Source of the DNA: Ktedonobacteraceae bacterium
GTDB taxonomy: Bacteria; Chloroflexota; Ktedonobacteria; Ktedonobacterales; Ktedonobacteraceae
Assembly (NCBI GenBank): GCA_034438135.1
Contig: DAOTTL010000166.1
Location: forward strand, 13,264 to 77,263
Length of the DNA: 64,000 nt
Reading direction: 5' to 3'
Shown piece by piece: positions 27,418 through 36,500 of the stretch. Each line of letters opens with the position of its first letter. Position 1 is the stretch's first letter. Position numbers and translations under genes: made by a program. The notes beneath the pieces are model-generated. The model made no database searches. It saw only the letters and a program-made list of their open reading frames with translations, and was not told the DNA's origin.

Positions 27418-27940
27418 ATGACGCAAATAAAAGATGTGACGCACACAGGAGAGGGGGCATCCTTTTGCGTCATTCTGTTGCAGCGGCTCTGTAGGCCGCA
27501 CGAAGGGAAACCTGTGACGCGAATGACGCAAAGGCGCAAATATTCCTACCCTTTTCTCTCTTCTTCTTCTCTTTCTTCTTTTTTAAAGATAGATTCTAAA
27601 AAAGAAGGGGCCATTTTGCGTCATTTGCGTCACCTCATCCATTCGCACTAACTGGGAAGCGCCCTCATCCAGGTGACGCAAAATGTAGGGAGGAGTCAAT
27701 TTGTGTTATTTTGGCGATTTGCGTCACCTTTTGAGCGATTTGCGTCACCTTTTTTGGCTCGTTTGCACTGTTTTTTTGCCCGATTTGCACCACTTTTTAG
27801 TCTGATTACACCGCTTTTTGGCTCAAATTGCATCATTTTTGGGCTTATTGACGCTGTTTTTTTGGCTTGAAACTTGCTTTTTAGGGAGCTTTTCAAGCAG
27901 CGGCGGAAATTTTGCGTCACCTTGACGCTTTGCGTCACCC
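27418..27940. promoter_or_regulatory. Dense cluster of an 8-10 nt motif, TTTGCGTCAC / GTGACGCAAA, in both orientations
   Basis: There are seven exact TGCGTCA copies, at 27466, 27617, 27626, 27720, 27741, 27913 and 27931. There are four exact TGACGCA copies, at 27419, 27437, 27524 and 27674. Near-copies lie at 27515 and 27923. No credible ORF covers the region. Confidence 0.6.
27714..27884. repeat. Eight tandem degenerate direct repeats of 20-23 bp, each ending in a T-tract
   Basis: The units start at 27714, 27735, 27757, 27779, 27801, 27821, 27842 and 27865. Units 1 and 2 are GCGATTTGCGTCACCTTTT(TT)G. Later units decay (GCTCGTTTGCACTGTTTTTTTG, CCCGATTTGCACCACTTTTTAG, ...) but keep the T5-7 run plus G at about 21-bp phasing. 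Confidence 0.8.
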
Positions 27941-28133
27941 CTCCATCTGGCGTTTTTTTGAGCATGCTATTCCCCTTCTTATAGATTGCGCGAAGCGCTT
28001 ACTATAAATGTGAGTTATCCCTCCACTTTGCTGAGGCTTGCAAAACCCCTCCTCCTCCTCGAAAAAAGAAGAGGCGAAGAGCCTGTGTGGCGGGGTGGCC
28101 TGCACAGCTATAGACATGAAGTTAAGCCAAAAA

Positions 28134-28189
28134 AGGGGTGCAGGATCCTCCCTGCCGGGGTTTGGGGTGTCCCCAAAAACCCCTTTCCT
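28134..28189 (+). repeat. GC-rich G4/C4-run repeat element, second copy
   Basis: The sequence is AAGGGGTGCAGGATCCTCCCTGCCGGGGTTTGGGGTGTCCCCAAAAACCCCTTTCC. It shares the blocks GGGGTGCA ... GGGGT(C/T)TGGGG(C)TGT(G)CCCCAA ... CTTTCC with the copy at 7405-7463, in the opposite orientation. Confidence 0.65.
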
Positions 28190-28258
28190 TCTATTTCGCC
28201 GCTTTAACGGTAAAATAGAAGGGAGTGCAGAGGGCGTCCTTCTGCTAACTTCGTGTCT

Positions 28259-28335
28259 ATGGGCGGGGCGGCCTGCTGTGCAGGCCGAAAGCCTTTTGTC
28301 CTGCTTTTGCAAAAGCAGGAATGACTCATATATCC
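28259..28335 (+). repeat. About 77-bp hairpin-rich repeat element, copy 1 (just 3' of the monooxygenase stop)
   Basis: The sequence is ATGGGCGGGGCGGCCTGCTGTGCAGGCCGAAAGCCTTTTGTCCTGCTTTTGCAAAAGCAGGAATGACTCATATATCC. It contains the hairpin GGCCTGC-TGT-GCAGGCC and the perfect 20-bp palindrome CCTGCTTTTGCAAAAGCAGG (28300-28319). Confidence 0.8.
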
Positions 28336-28338
28336 TTC

Positions 28339-29640
28339 TTATGCACTCTTTTTTCGTGATATGAAGAGATTAGTAGCTCGTAGGGCGGTTTTTGCGAGTG
28401 CGCGTCTGGCAGGGTTTTCCATTACTAAAAGGTCCATCGATTGCTTTGAACTTTTGACAGCAGCAAAGCTGTACTGGAGCATTTCTGTAACATACTCCTT
28501 GAGTGCTTCAGAGAGCGTCTGCTCTTGTTTTGCGGCAGAGATCAGCTTCCGGCAGAGGAGTTGAGCGTCCCTGAGAGCGGTATTGCCACCTATCCCACGC
28601 GTCGGCGGCATACTATGAATAGCGTCTCCAAGCAGGGTGATATTCTGGCTCTCCCAGGGTGCAACCCGAGTGGCGATTCGCAAAGGAGTCGTAATGACCG
28701 AGTCTGGATCGGTCAGACGAACAACATGTCGCAGTGTAGGATGCCAGTCTTTGACCATATCCTGCGCAATCTGGAGCAGCTCTAATCCCGCCATATGTTG
28801 TAGTTCTTCTTGCCTCGGGTAGTTCTTTTTCCTGGTGATGAACGCCCAGAAGTAGTAATCGTTAGTATTCTCGAAAAGGGCACTTGACTCTTCAAGCAAT
28901 GCTTCTTCGTTGATGCCAATTGTACCCTGAGTTCGCTCTTCTGCCTTGCCGCTGAGGTTGTGAACAGCAGAGAAGAGACTACGACCCTTTGGACCAAGCA
29001 CAACATTTGCCCAGTCAAACTGGTTAGCAACAAGTAGCGAGTGGATTTCAGGGGTCAGAGGCACTTTGCCGATGACAGCTATGTTCCCAGTCTCAACACG
29101 GCTGGCCTGGGGTATGAATTGTTGGCGAATGCGGGAATGGCCTCCATCGGCTGCGACCAACAAATCACCGATCACGCTTGTGCCATCCTCAAAAAAAGCG
29201 GTTATAGACCCATCGGGGTTTTCTTGATAATGAGAGTAGGTTTTGTTGAAATGGACGATCTCATCCATCTCTGCCAGTAATACCTGGCGCAAGGTAATAC
29301 GGCTGACTGAGCGGGATGACTCAAGTGGATCATGCTGTTTGGATGGCTCCACGGAAAATGCCACCAGGCGATTGAGTTGCTCATCTCTCATCAGCAGACC
29401 TTTACCATCACCTCCGGTTGTCTTGATGTATATCTCAAAGAGACGAGGGGGCAGACAATCGTGTAATGCCTGGTTGCCCATCGCTTCTATGTGAATACGA
29501 TACCCCTGCAAACGTTCATTCCGATTCTGGTCGCGCTCATAAAGAGCAACGCTGATCCCGGCTTTTTTGAGTCCCTGAGCCAGACAAAGGCCACCAAGAC
29601 CACCACCAATAATCAAGACATGAAAAGACCGCTTAATCAT
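28339..29640 (-). CDS. FAD-dependent (class A flavoprotein) monooxygenase
   Basis: Three motifs fit the PF01494-type fold: the GxGxxG dinucleotide fold HVLIIGGGLGGLCLAQGLKKAGISVALYERD, the DG motif DLLVAADGGHSRIR, and the GD motif LLGDAIHSMPPTRGIGGNTALRDA. The ORF track starts at the GTG at 29646. The ATG at 29640 has AAGGAG 7 nt upstream and is preferred. Confidence 0.88.
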   Translation of the reverse strand: MIKRSFHVLIIGGGLGGLCLAQGLKKAGISVALYERDQNRNERLQGYRIHIEAMGNQALHDCLPPRLFEIYIKTTGGDGKGLLMRDEQLNRLVAFSVEPSKQHDPLESSRSVSRITLRQVLLAEMDEIVHFNKTYSHYQENPDGSITAFFEDGTSVIGDLLVAADGGHSRIRQQFIPQASRVETGNIAVIGKVPLTPEIHSLLVANQFDWANVVLGPKGRSLFSAVHNLSGKAEERTQGTIGINEEALLEESSALFENTNDYYFWAFITRKKNYPRQEELQHMAGLELLQIAQDMVKDWHPTLRHVVRLTDPDSVITTPLRIATRVAPWESQNITLLGDAIHSMPPTRGIGGNTALRDAQLLCRKLISAAKQEQTLSEALKEYVTEMLQYSFAAVKSSKQSMDLLVMENPARRALAKTALRATNLFISRKKSA

Positions 29641-29825
29641 ATGCACACTCCTTTCGAGAAATCAGATGCTGCGTTAAGACTAACGCCGAATAAATCAAGA
29701 ACCTGTATTTATTTTTGATACTTGTGTTTATAAAAGTATTCCATCATGTTCTTGTTTTTAGAGTATACTTTCAATGCAGATGCTATGTATCACCCTCGCA
29801 GGTGATTTAAAGGGTGAATTTTGGT

Positions 29826-29884
29826 AAGAAGAGCGAGCCTGTGTGGCTGGGCATTTGCTCATCCACACAGGCTCGCTTCTTCTT
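29826..29884. other. Long near-perfect hairpin (15 bp, 1-nt bulge, then 6 bp; 16-nt loop)
   Basis: The sequence is AAGAAGAGCGAGCCTGTGTGG-ctgggcatttgctcat-CCACACAGGCTCGCTTCTTCTT. It lies between the mbtH stop and the monooxygenase start and directly abuts repeat copy 2. Confidence 0.75.
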
Positions 29885-29889
29885 AGGAA

Positions 29890-29967
29890 ATGGGGTGGGG
29901 CGGCCTGCATAAGAGGCCGAAAGCCTTTTGTCTTGCTTTTGTAAAAGCAGGATGACTTATACTATTC
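29890..29967 (+). repeat. About 77-bp hairpin-rich repeat element, copy 2 (3' of mbtH, 5' of the monooxygenase)
   Basis: The sequence is ATGGGGTGGGGCGGCCTGCATAAGAGGCCGAAAGCCTTTTGTCTTGCTTTTGTAAAAGCAGGATGACTTATACTATTC. By eye it is roughly 85% identical to copy 1 and in the same orientation. Confidence 0.8.
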
Positions 29968-30023
29968 TCCAGCCTTTTCCCGGTGCTTGAGCGTCAAATA
30001 GTCGCGCTGCCTGGTTGTATGGA

Positions 30024-30251
30024 TTACGACTGGTTGGCGTTCTCCTCCATTTTCTTGCGCAGGCTGAGTGGGCGCATATCAGTCCAGACCTCTTTGATAT
30101 AGGTCAGACATTCAGCCTTTAAACCGCTTTTCCCTGCATCCTTCCAACCGATTGCATTCTCGCGGTCGGCGGGCCAGATCGAATACTGTTCTTCGTGGTT
30201 GACAACGACTTTGTAGATTGTGGTATCTTCCTGTTCGTCTCTGCTACTCAT
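30024..30251 (-). CDS. mbtH: MbtH-like protein (NRPS adenylation-domain chaperone)
   Basis: The 75-aa protein contains [52 protein letters not shown]. This carries the invariant Trp residues and the NxExQYS(I/L)WP signature of the MbtH family. Its ATG lies 1 nt after the stop of the upstream 111-aa ORF. Confidence 0.93.
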   Translation of the reverse strand: MSSRDEQEDTTIYKVVVNHEEQYSIWPADRENAIGWKDAGKSGLKAECLTYIKEVWTDMRPLSLRKKMEENANQS

Positions 30252-30252
30252 A

Positions 30253-30588
30253 TTATGGTTTGACCTCCTCTAAAATGACGAGATGTCCTGTACCCTGCAA
30301 CGTCGCCAGATCGATGTCGGCGATGCAGCGTATTTTTACGTAGTTCAGCGTCAGGGTGCCCTCTATATGGACCGTCCCCTGCTCTGTCTCAAAATTTGCC
30401 TGGCTTGTATTAGTTGCCGCTTTATCAACTCTGACGCCCAGATCAGTGCCGCCGTGCGTATCGGTGAATTTGATAAAGACATATCCCATTTCTTCGACAC
30501 GCTGCCGCAACTCTGCAAGGGATGGCTGAGGCCCTCCGACGATCACGGGATGGTCGCCTTCGGCCAGGCGTTGAACGAGTTCATTCAT
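30253..30588 (-). CDS. Small protein of unknown function (111 aa), translationally coupled between the NRPS and mbtH
   Basis: The start forms an ATGA overlap with the NRPS stop (30585-30588), and AAGGAG lies 8 nt upstream of the ATG. The stop sits 1 nt before the mbtH ATG. The sequence is [55 protein letters not shown]...[20 protein letters not shown]. It has no signal peptide or TM segment, and I cannot assign a family by eye. Confidence 0.7.
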   Translation of the reverse strand: MNELVQRLAEGDHPVIVGGPQPSLAELRQRVEEMGYVFIKFTDTHGGTDLGVRVDKAATNTSQANFETEQGTVHIEGTLTLNYVKIRCIADIDLATLQGTGHLVILEEVKP

Positions 30589-33500
30589 ACAAAGGACTCC
30601 TTTTCAATCCAGATCATCAAATCGCGCATATGTTGCTCCGGGTTTGTCACAATCTGCATCAGTAATTTGCGGAGATGGCTTAGTATCCGCGCAATTGCAA
30701 ACTGATCGAAGTAGCGCTGATAATAAGATATAACCAGTTCCAGCTCTTGTCCAGGAAAAACATCGATTCTGAGGGGGTATTCTTGCCTGGCAAAGAAAAA
30801 TGTGGGCATTTTGGGGAAGAACAGTACATGCTCATTCGCGCGGGAAAAAGGTTTTTCCAGTGTAGAGGCAAGCCCCTCGAAGTTCTGAAAAACGAGATAG
30901 CTCTCAAACAGCGGTTGTTGTCGGTTGATCCCGCTCCACTCATAGATCTTGCGCAAGGGTGTATATTCGTATTGCCGTAACTCTACTTGCCGCTCCTGGA
31001 GCTTTGTGAGCCATGGCAAGAGGAAGTCATCCGGTGACACGCGAATGCGTGCTGGCAATGTATTCATCAGAACTCCTACGATGGACTCGACGCCGGGCAG
31101 TTCCGCCGGACGTCCTGAGACGGAGACTCCAAAGGTGATCTCCTCTTCGCCGCTGTAATGGCTCAAAAGTAGTGCCCAGACACCTTGCAGTATCGTATTC
31201 GGCGTGAGATGGTGCTGCCGGGACAGCGCCTGTAGTGCCCTGGTCTGTGCGCTATCCAGTGAGAAGGCCTGGCTGGCAAAGCGCGAGTCCTTTTCCGTTT
31301 CCTGACTGCTTGCAGATGCACGATCTATCAATGGCGTCACTTTAAAGTCCTGTAATTCTCGTCGCCAGAATGCCTCTGCGGATACCATATCCTGCCGCCG
31401 CAGCCAGGCAATGTAGTCTTGATACGGACGGCTTCGCTCCCGTTGCAATTCTTTCCCTTGAGAGAACGCGTTGTAGAAAGTAAATGCCTCGTTGATAAGA
31501 AGCATAAAGCTCCAACCATCTGTGTTTATGTACCGGTTACTCAGGACGAATTGATAGCGGTTCTCAGTTACCTGAGCAACCAGTAGATAGAGTGCCGTTG
31601 GTTTTGTGAGTTCCAGACCACGCGCTCGCACACTTTGTAAGTAACGCTCCAGGCGCGTCGTTTGTTCTGTGGGAGAGAGGTGCCGCCAATCTCGCTGTTC
31701 CAGGGAAACGGTGCTCTCCTTGTGAACCAGTTGGAGCGGCTCATGCAGTCCTTCCCAGACGAAAGAGGTTCTCATCAGGGGATGTTGCGCCACTACCTGT
31801 TGCCATGCACGCTCGAAGGCCGGTGCATGGAATTTTCCCTCTATGAGCATGACCCTTTGCATGGAGTAGAGTCCAATTTCTGGCTCTGCGAGATAACGCG
31901 CTAACATGTGTTCTTGGAGAGGTGAAAGAGGATAGATATCTTCTATCTGCTGCTTGGAGCCTATCAGATGCTCAAGCTCCTGCGGCGCAAGATTTGCCAG
32001 CGAGAATGGCTGTGGTGTCGTCGGGGTTGCTGTTTCCGACCCTTCTGGCAGCGTCGAAGAAAGTTGAACGACGCCTGCCAGCTCGGCGATGGTCTGATAT
32101 TGAAACATCTGCTGAGGCGTGAGTTGGAGACCCGCCTGCCGGGCCTTTGCAATGATCAGGATGCTCCGAATAGAATCTCCACCCGCTTCAAAGAAATTGT
32201 TAGAGACTCCTATCCGGTCCAGACCAAGGACGCCCGCCCAGATTTCAGCCAGTCTTTCTTCGATCTTTGTGCGTGGCGCTACAAAGTTCTCTTCCAGCTC
32301 TGGTATGATAATGGGCGCTGGCAGTCCCTGCCGATCCAATTTTCCATTCGGCGTCAGGGGCAATGCCTCTAGCATAACGAAGTTTCCTGGTATCATGTAA
32401 TCGGGCAGCCATCTCTTGAGCGAGCTACGCAACCGGGCGATCAGTTCATAAGTCATTCTTGCTTGTAATGGATTGTTGACATAACTGTGCCAGGAATGAG
32501 GGCCTGTGTGTTTCTGGTCGATGGTGGACTGTTCTATTGTCTGCGTCTGACTTTGTCCCGCGTTCCTTTGCTGCAAGATGGCCGTGTAGCTGCCATCACG
32601 TCTGCCTTCTGACCAGCGCAGTTCAAGAGTATAAGGGAGTTCGTCGCATATGGTCCAGAGGTCTTCAGGATCGACACCTGCATCGTCGTCGTGCAATGGG
32701 TGATCGTGGAGAGTCTGACGCAGTTCACCCACTGTAGCGGAGTGCGGGAAGCTTTTAAGGAGAGTTAGAGCGTGCACTTCTCGCGCAAGGCGGGCATTGG
32801 GAATCCCAGTCAGACAGAGCCGCTCTGGTCTTGTCTCTATGAGCAACTGGCGCACGGCTGACACTGTGAGCATGTGCTCTTGCCAATCCAGTTTCTCTAT
32901 TCCAGCAACTGACGATCTGGCAGCGCCGAGGTGCAGCACTACATCGTAACGGAAGAGGGTAAGTTCATTGGTATGATGACCACGCTTCAACTGGATTTCT
33001 ACCCGGCTGATCTGTGGCAGGTGGTGCTGGAGAGCTATAAAAAATGCTGGATCAATCACAAGCTCGTTCTCTTGTTCTATCCGTTTACGTACTCGTTGCT
33101 GAAGCTGCTCAATGGAGAGCGTTTCCGAGGCCTGGAGCAGTTCGATCGAGTTATAAAAGGTTTCCAGCAGGGGGAGGCTACGTATGTCGCCTATAAAAAG
33201 CGAGCCATCGGGCGTGAGCAGTTGCACAGCCTGTTCCAGTACCTGGAGCAGGTAGTCGATGCCGGGAAAGTACTGAACGACCGAATTGAGGATGACCGTA
33301 TCAAAGCTTGCTGTCTCTATCCCGGTGAAGTCGTCCGCAGTTCGCAGTTCCAGTTGCACATGTGCTGAAGACTTTTCTAGTTGTTGCTGGAGAAGCTCCA
33401 GAACGTATGGAGAGAAGTCTGTGCCTCTATAGTGGTCACAGTGGGGAGCCAGGGGAAACAGCAGCAATCCTGTGCCACAGCCGATCTCCAGCACACGATG

Positions 33501-36500
33501 GGGTTGTAAAAGGAGAATCCGTTCGACCGTTTGATTGACCCATGCATGCATCTCTTCGTTAGAAAGAGGCAGGCCTGTATAGCTGCTGTTCCAACCTGCG
33601 ATATTGAAGGTTGCAGCGGATTGCGCTGCGGGATGCTCATACGCGTCATCGAAGACCTCACGCCAGCCGGAGATCTGTTCTGTGGAGAGACTGGCCTCTA
33701 TTTCGTGTTCCGATGCATGCGAGCTGAGAGCATGAGGAACTACGTAAGCCACCAGTTGTTGATTGCCAGAGACATCTTCACGGATCGCAGCGACACACTC
33801 CCGCACTTCTGGCTGTCCCGCCAGCACTGATTCGATCTCTCCGAGTTCAATGCGCAATCCCCGCAGCTTGACCTGTTCATCCAGGCGGCCAAGAAATTCA
33901 ATTCGTCCATCAGCGCGGTAACGTGCCAGGTCACCCGTCTTGTAGAGTCTCATGCCCTCGACATCACTGAATGGATCTGGCACAAAGCGCTCGGAGGTCA
34001 ATTGTGGACGATTTAGATAGCCTCTGGCCAGGCCAGTTCCCCCAATATGTAGTTCTCCTGCTACCCCGACCGGCACAGGTTGACCATACTGGTCCAGCAG
34101 ATAGATCTGGGTGTTGGCGATTGGACGCCCGATAGGTACGGTGTGCGCTTGCCGTTCAGGAGTACAGGCCCAACTGGTCACATCGATAGCCGCCTCTGTG
34201 GGACCGTACAGGTTATGTAATTCGGCTGGCAGACGTGCGAAGAAGCGTGTTTGCAGGTCGGTAGTCAGTGCTTCTCCGCTACAGATGACGCGTTTAAGAC
34301 TCTGACAGCGCTCCAGTCCTTGCTCTTCTAAAAACACATGGAGCATCGACGGTACAAAGTGGAGGGTTGTGATCTGCTGCTCGTGGATCAGTGTAATCAG
34401 GTAATTGCTGTCCCGGTGTCCCTCAGGACGAGCCAGGATCAGGCTGGCACCGTTCAGCAGCGGCCAGAAGAACTCCCAGACCGAGACATCAAAGCTGATA
34501 GGTGTTTTTTGCAACACCCGGTCTGTGACGTTTAATTGATAGGTTTGCTGCATCCATTGCAAGCGATTGATGATGCCGCGATGGGTATTCAGGACGCCCT
34601 TGGGCTTGCCGGTGGAACCGGAGGTATAGATCACATAGGCCGCGTTTGCTCCATCCGTTTGCCCTTCTGGTTTATCGCCACTCTGCCGCGCAATCTCTTC
34701 CCAGCAGCTATCCAGGCAGATGCATGTCTCTGTGACGAGTAGATCGCGTAACTTTTCATGGGTCAAGAGTACAGATACCCCGGCATCGGCAAGCATGAAC
34801 TCCAGGCGGTCCTTTGGGTATGTTGGATCTAAAGGCAGATAGGCTGCGCCAGCCTTGAGGATGCCTGACAGCACTACGACCAGCTCTGGCGACCTCTCCA
34901 TACAGACGCCGACCAGCGTTTCCGTTCCTACGCCAAGCTCTCGCAGATAGTTCGCAAGCTGGTTTGCCCGTTGATGCAATTCTCGATAGGACAGATGCTC
35001 ATCCTCAAAGACGAGTGCAATAGCGTCTGGTGTGCGTTCAGCCTGTTCTGCCAGCAGATGATGCAAGCCATGATACAGTGGATAGGCGGTCTGAGTCGCG
35101 TTCCACTCTGTCAGCAGTTGCAACCGCTCATCCTCCGTCATGAGTGGGAGATCTGAGATGCGCTGTGCGGGATCGGCCACGATACCTTCCAGCAGGGTAC
35201 GAAAATGTACCAGCAGGCGTGTGATGGTGGCTTCGTCAAACAGGTCAGTGTTATATTCCAGAATACCGAACAGTCCCTCGGAACCCTCCATCATCGATAG
35301 CCAGAGATCGAATTTAGCTGTCGCACTCTCTACATTCAAGAGCTTTACGGTCAGACCTGGCAGTCCCTGCGTTTCCTGAGGGGCATTTTGTAGGACAAGC
35401 ATGGCCTGAAAGAGTGGGTTGTGACTTAAGGCTCTTTCAGCGTCCAGAATGACTACAAGCTGCTCAAAGGGCATGTCCTGATATGCGTACGCTTCCAGGG
35501 CTTTTTCGCGTGTTCTCCGTAAGAGTTCTCGCAAAGAGGGGTTATTGGCGAGTGTACTGCGCAAGACAAGCGTATTGGCGAAAAATCCAATCAGCCCTTC
35601 GGTTTGCGAAAGGGTTCGATTGGCAATGGGTGTGCCCACCGCGAAATCATCCTGGCCAGTGTAGCGCGAGAGCAAGGTCTGGAAGGCTGCCAGCAGGGTC
35701 ATAAAGAGCGTCGCGCCTTCCTGCCGACTCAAGGCATTGAGTCCCTCAGAAAGAGTTTTGGACAACCTGAAGGTCTGTCGCGCTCCTTGAAAGGTCTGGA
35801 TGGCTGGTCGTGGCCGATCGGTAGGGAGTTCAAGCATGCTTGGCATCGCGCTAAGACGCTGTTTCCAGTACGTCGCTAAGCGTTCCAGGACCTCGTTTTG
35901 GAGCCATTCGCGTTGCCAGTGAGCATAGTCGGCATATTGAATGGGTAGCTCTGGCAACGGAGAAGGTTGTCCAGCGGCATAGGCCGTGTATAACGCAATC
36001 AATTCGCGGATAAATATGCCTAGAGACCAGCTATCAGAGACAATATGATGCATACTCAGCAGCAGCACATGCTCTTCCTCACGTAACCGCAGCAATGTAG
36101 TACGCAGCAATGGACCATGCGCCAGATCGAACGTGCGCTGCGCCTCCTCCGCGAGCAGGTCCCGAACAAGTGCGCTGCGCTGATCCTCACGCACCGTTCT
36201 CAGGTCAAGCACTGGCAGCGAGAGATGTAACGCCGGTATCACGCTTTGCAATGGCAGCTCATCCGAGCCTTCAGGGGCGATAAAAAGAGTGCGTAGCGCT
36301 TCATGCCGCCGCACGATCTCATTGAGACTCCGCTCCAGGGTCGTAATCTGAAGCTGTCCCTGTAAGAGCAAGCCCTCGGTAATGTTATAAGCAGCGCTAC
36401 CAGGGACCAACTGATCGAGAAACCAGAGCCGCTGCTGACCAAAGGACAGGCTACCAGGTCCAGGCGTCGGACGTACAGGAATACGTGGCGCTCCTGTCTT

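Noticed and set aside
27553-27586. A 34-nt polypyrimidine (CT-rich) tract, and a similar CCTCCTCCTCCTC stretch at about 28049
   Set aside because: It could in principle form a triplex or act as a low-complexity spacer, but I have no specific functional evidence. It is noted as composition only.
27714-27884. Possible CRISPR array
   Set aside because: The units are contiguous with no unique spacers. They are only 20-23 bp long and decay in sequence. No cas genes are present in the window.
27673-27965. Overlapping ORFs 27673..27870(+) (RFASPF repeats) and 27696..27965(-) (KGDANR repeats)
   Set aside because: Both are read-throughs of the 21-bp tandem DNA repeat, on opposite strands. The unit lengths vary (20-23 bp), so the peptide repeat is not kept in frame. 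There is no downstream gene that a Phe-rich leader peptide could regulate. They are kept only as an alternative hypothesis in the tandem-array finding.
27059-28364. Other ORFs in the 1.3-kb gap (27099..27401, 27935..28312, 28038..28364 and others)
   Set aside because: They have no Shine-Dalgarno and are mutually overlapping on both strands. Their translations are dominated by repeat-element sequence (for example GAGSSLPGFGVSPKTP). They are most likely non-coding.
29789-29806. ATCACC-ctcgca-GGTGAT inverted repeat in the AT-rich region upstream of the monooxygenase, as a possible operator
   Set aside because: A 6-bp inverted repeat is expected by chance at this scale. No second copy or adjacent regulator gene is present in the window.
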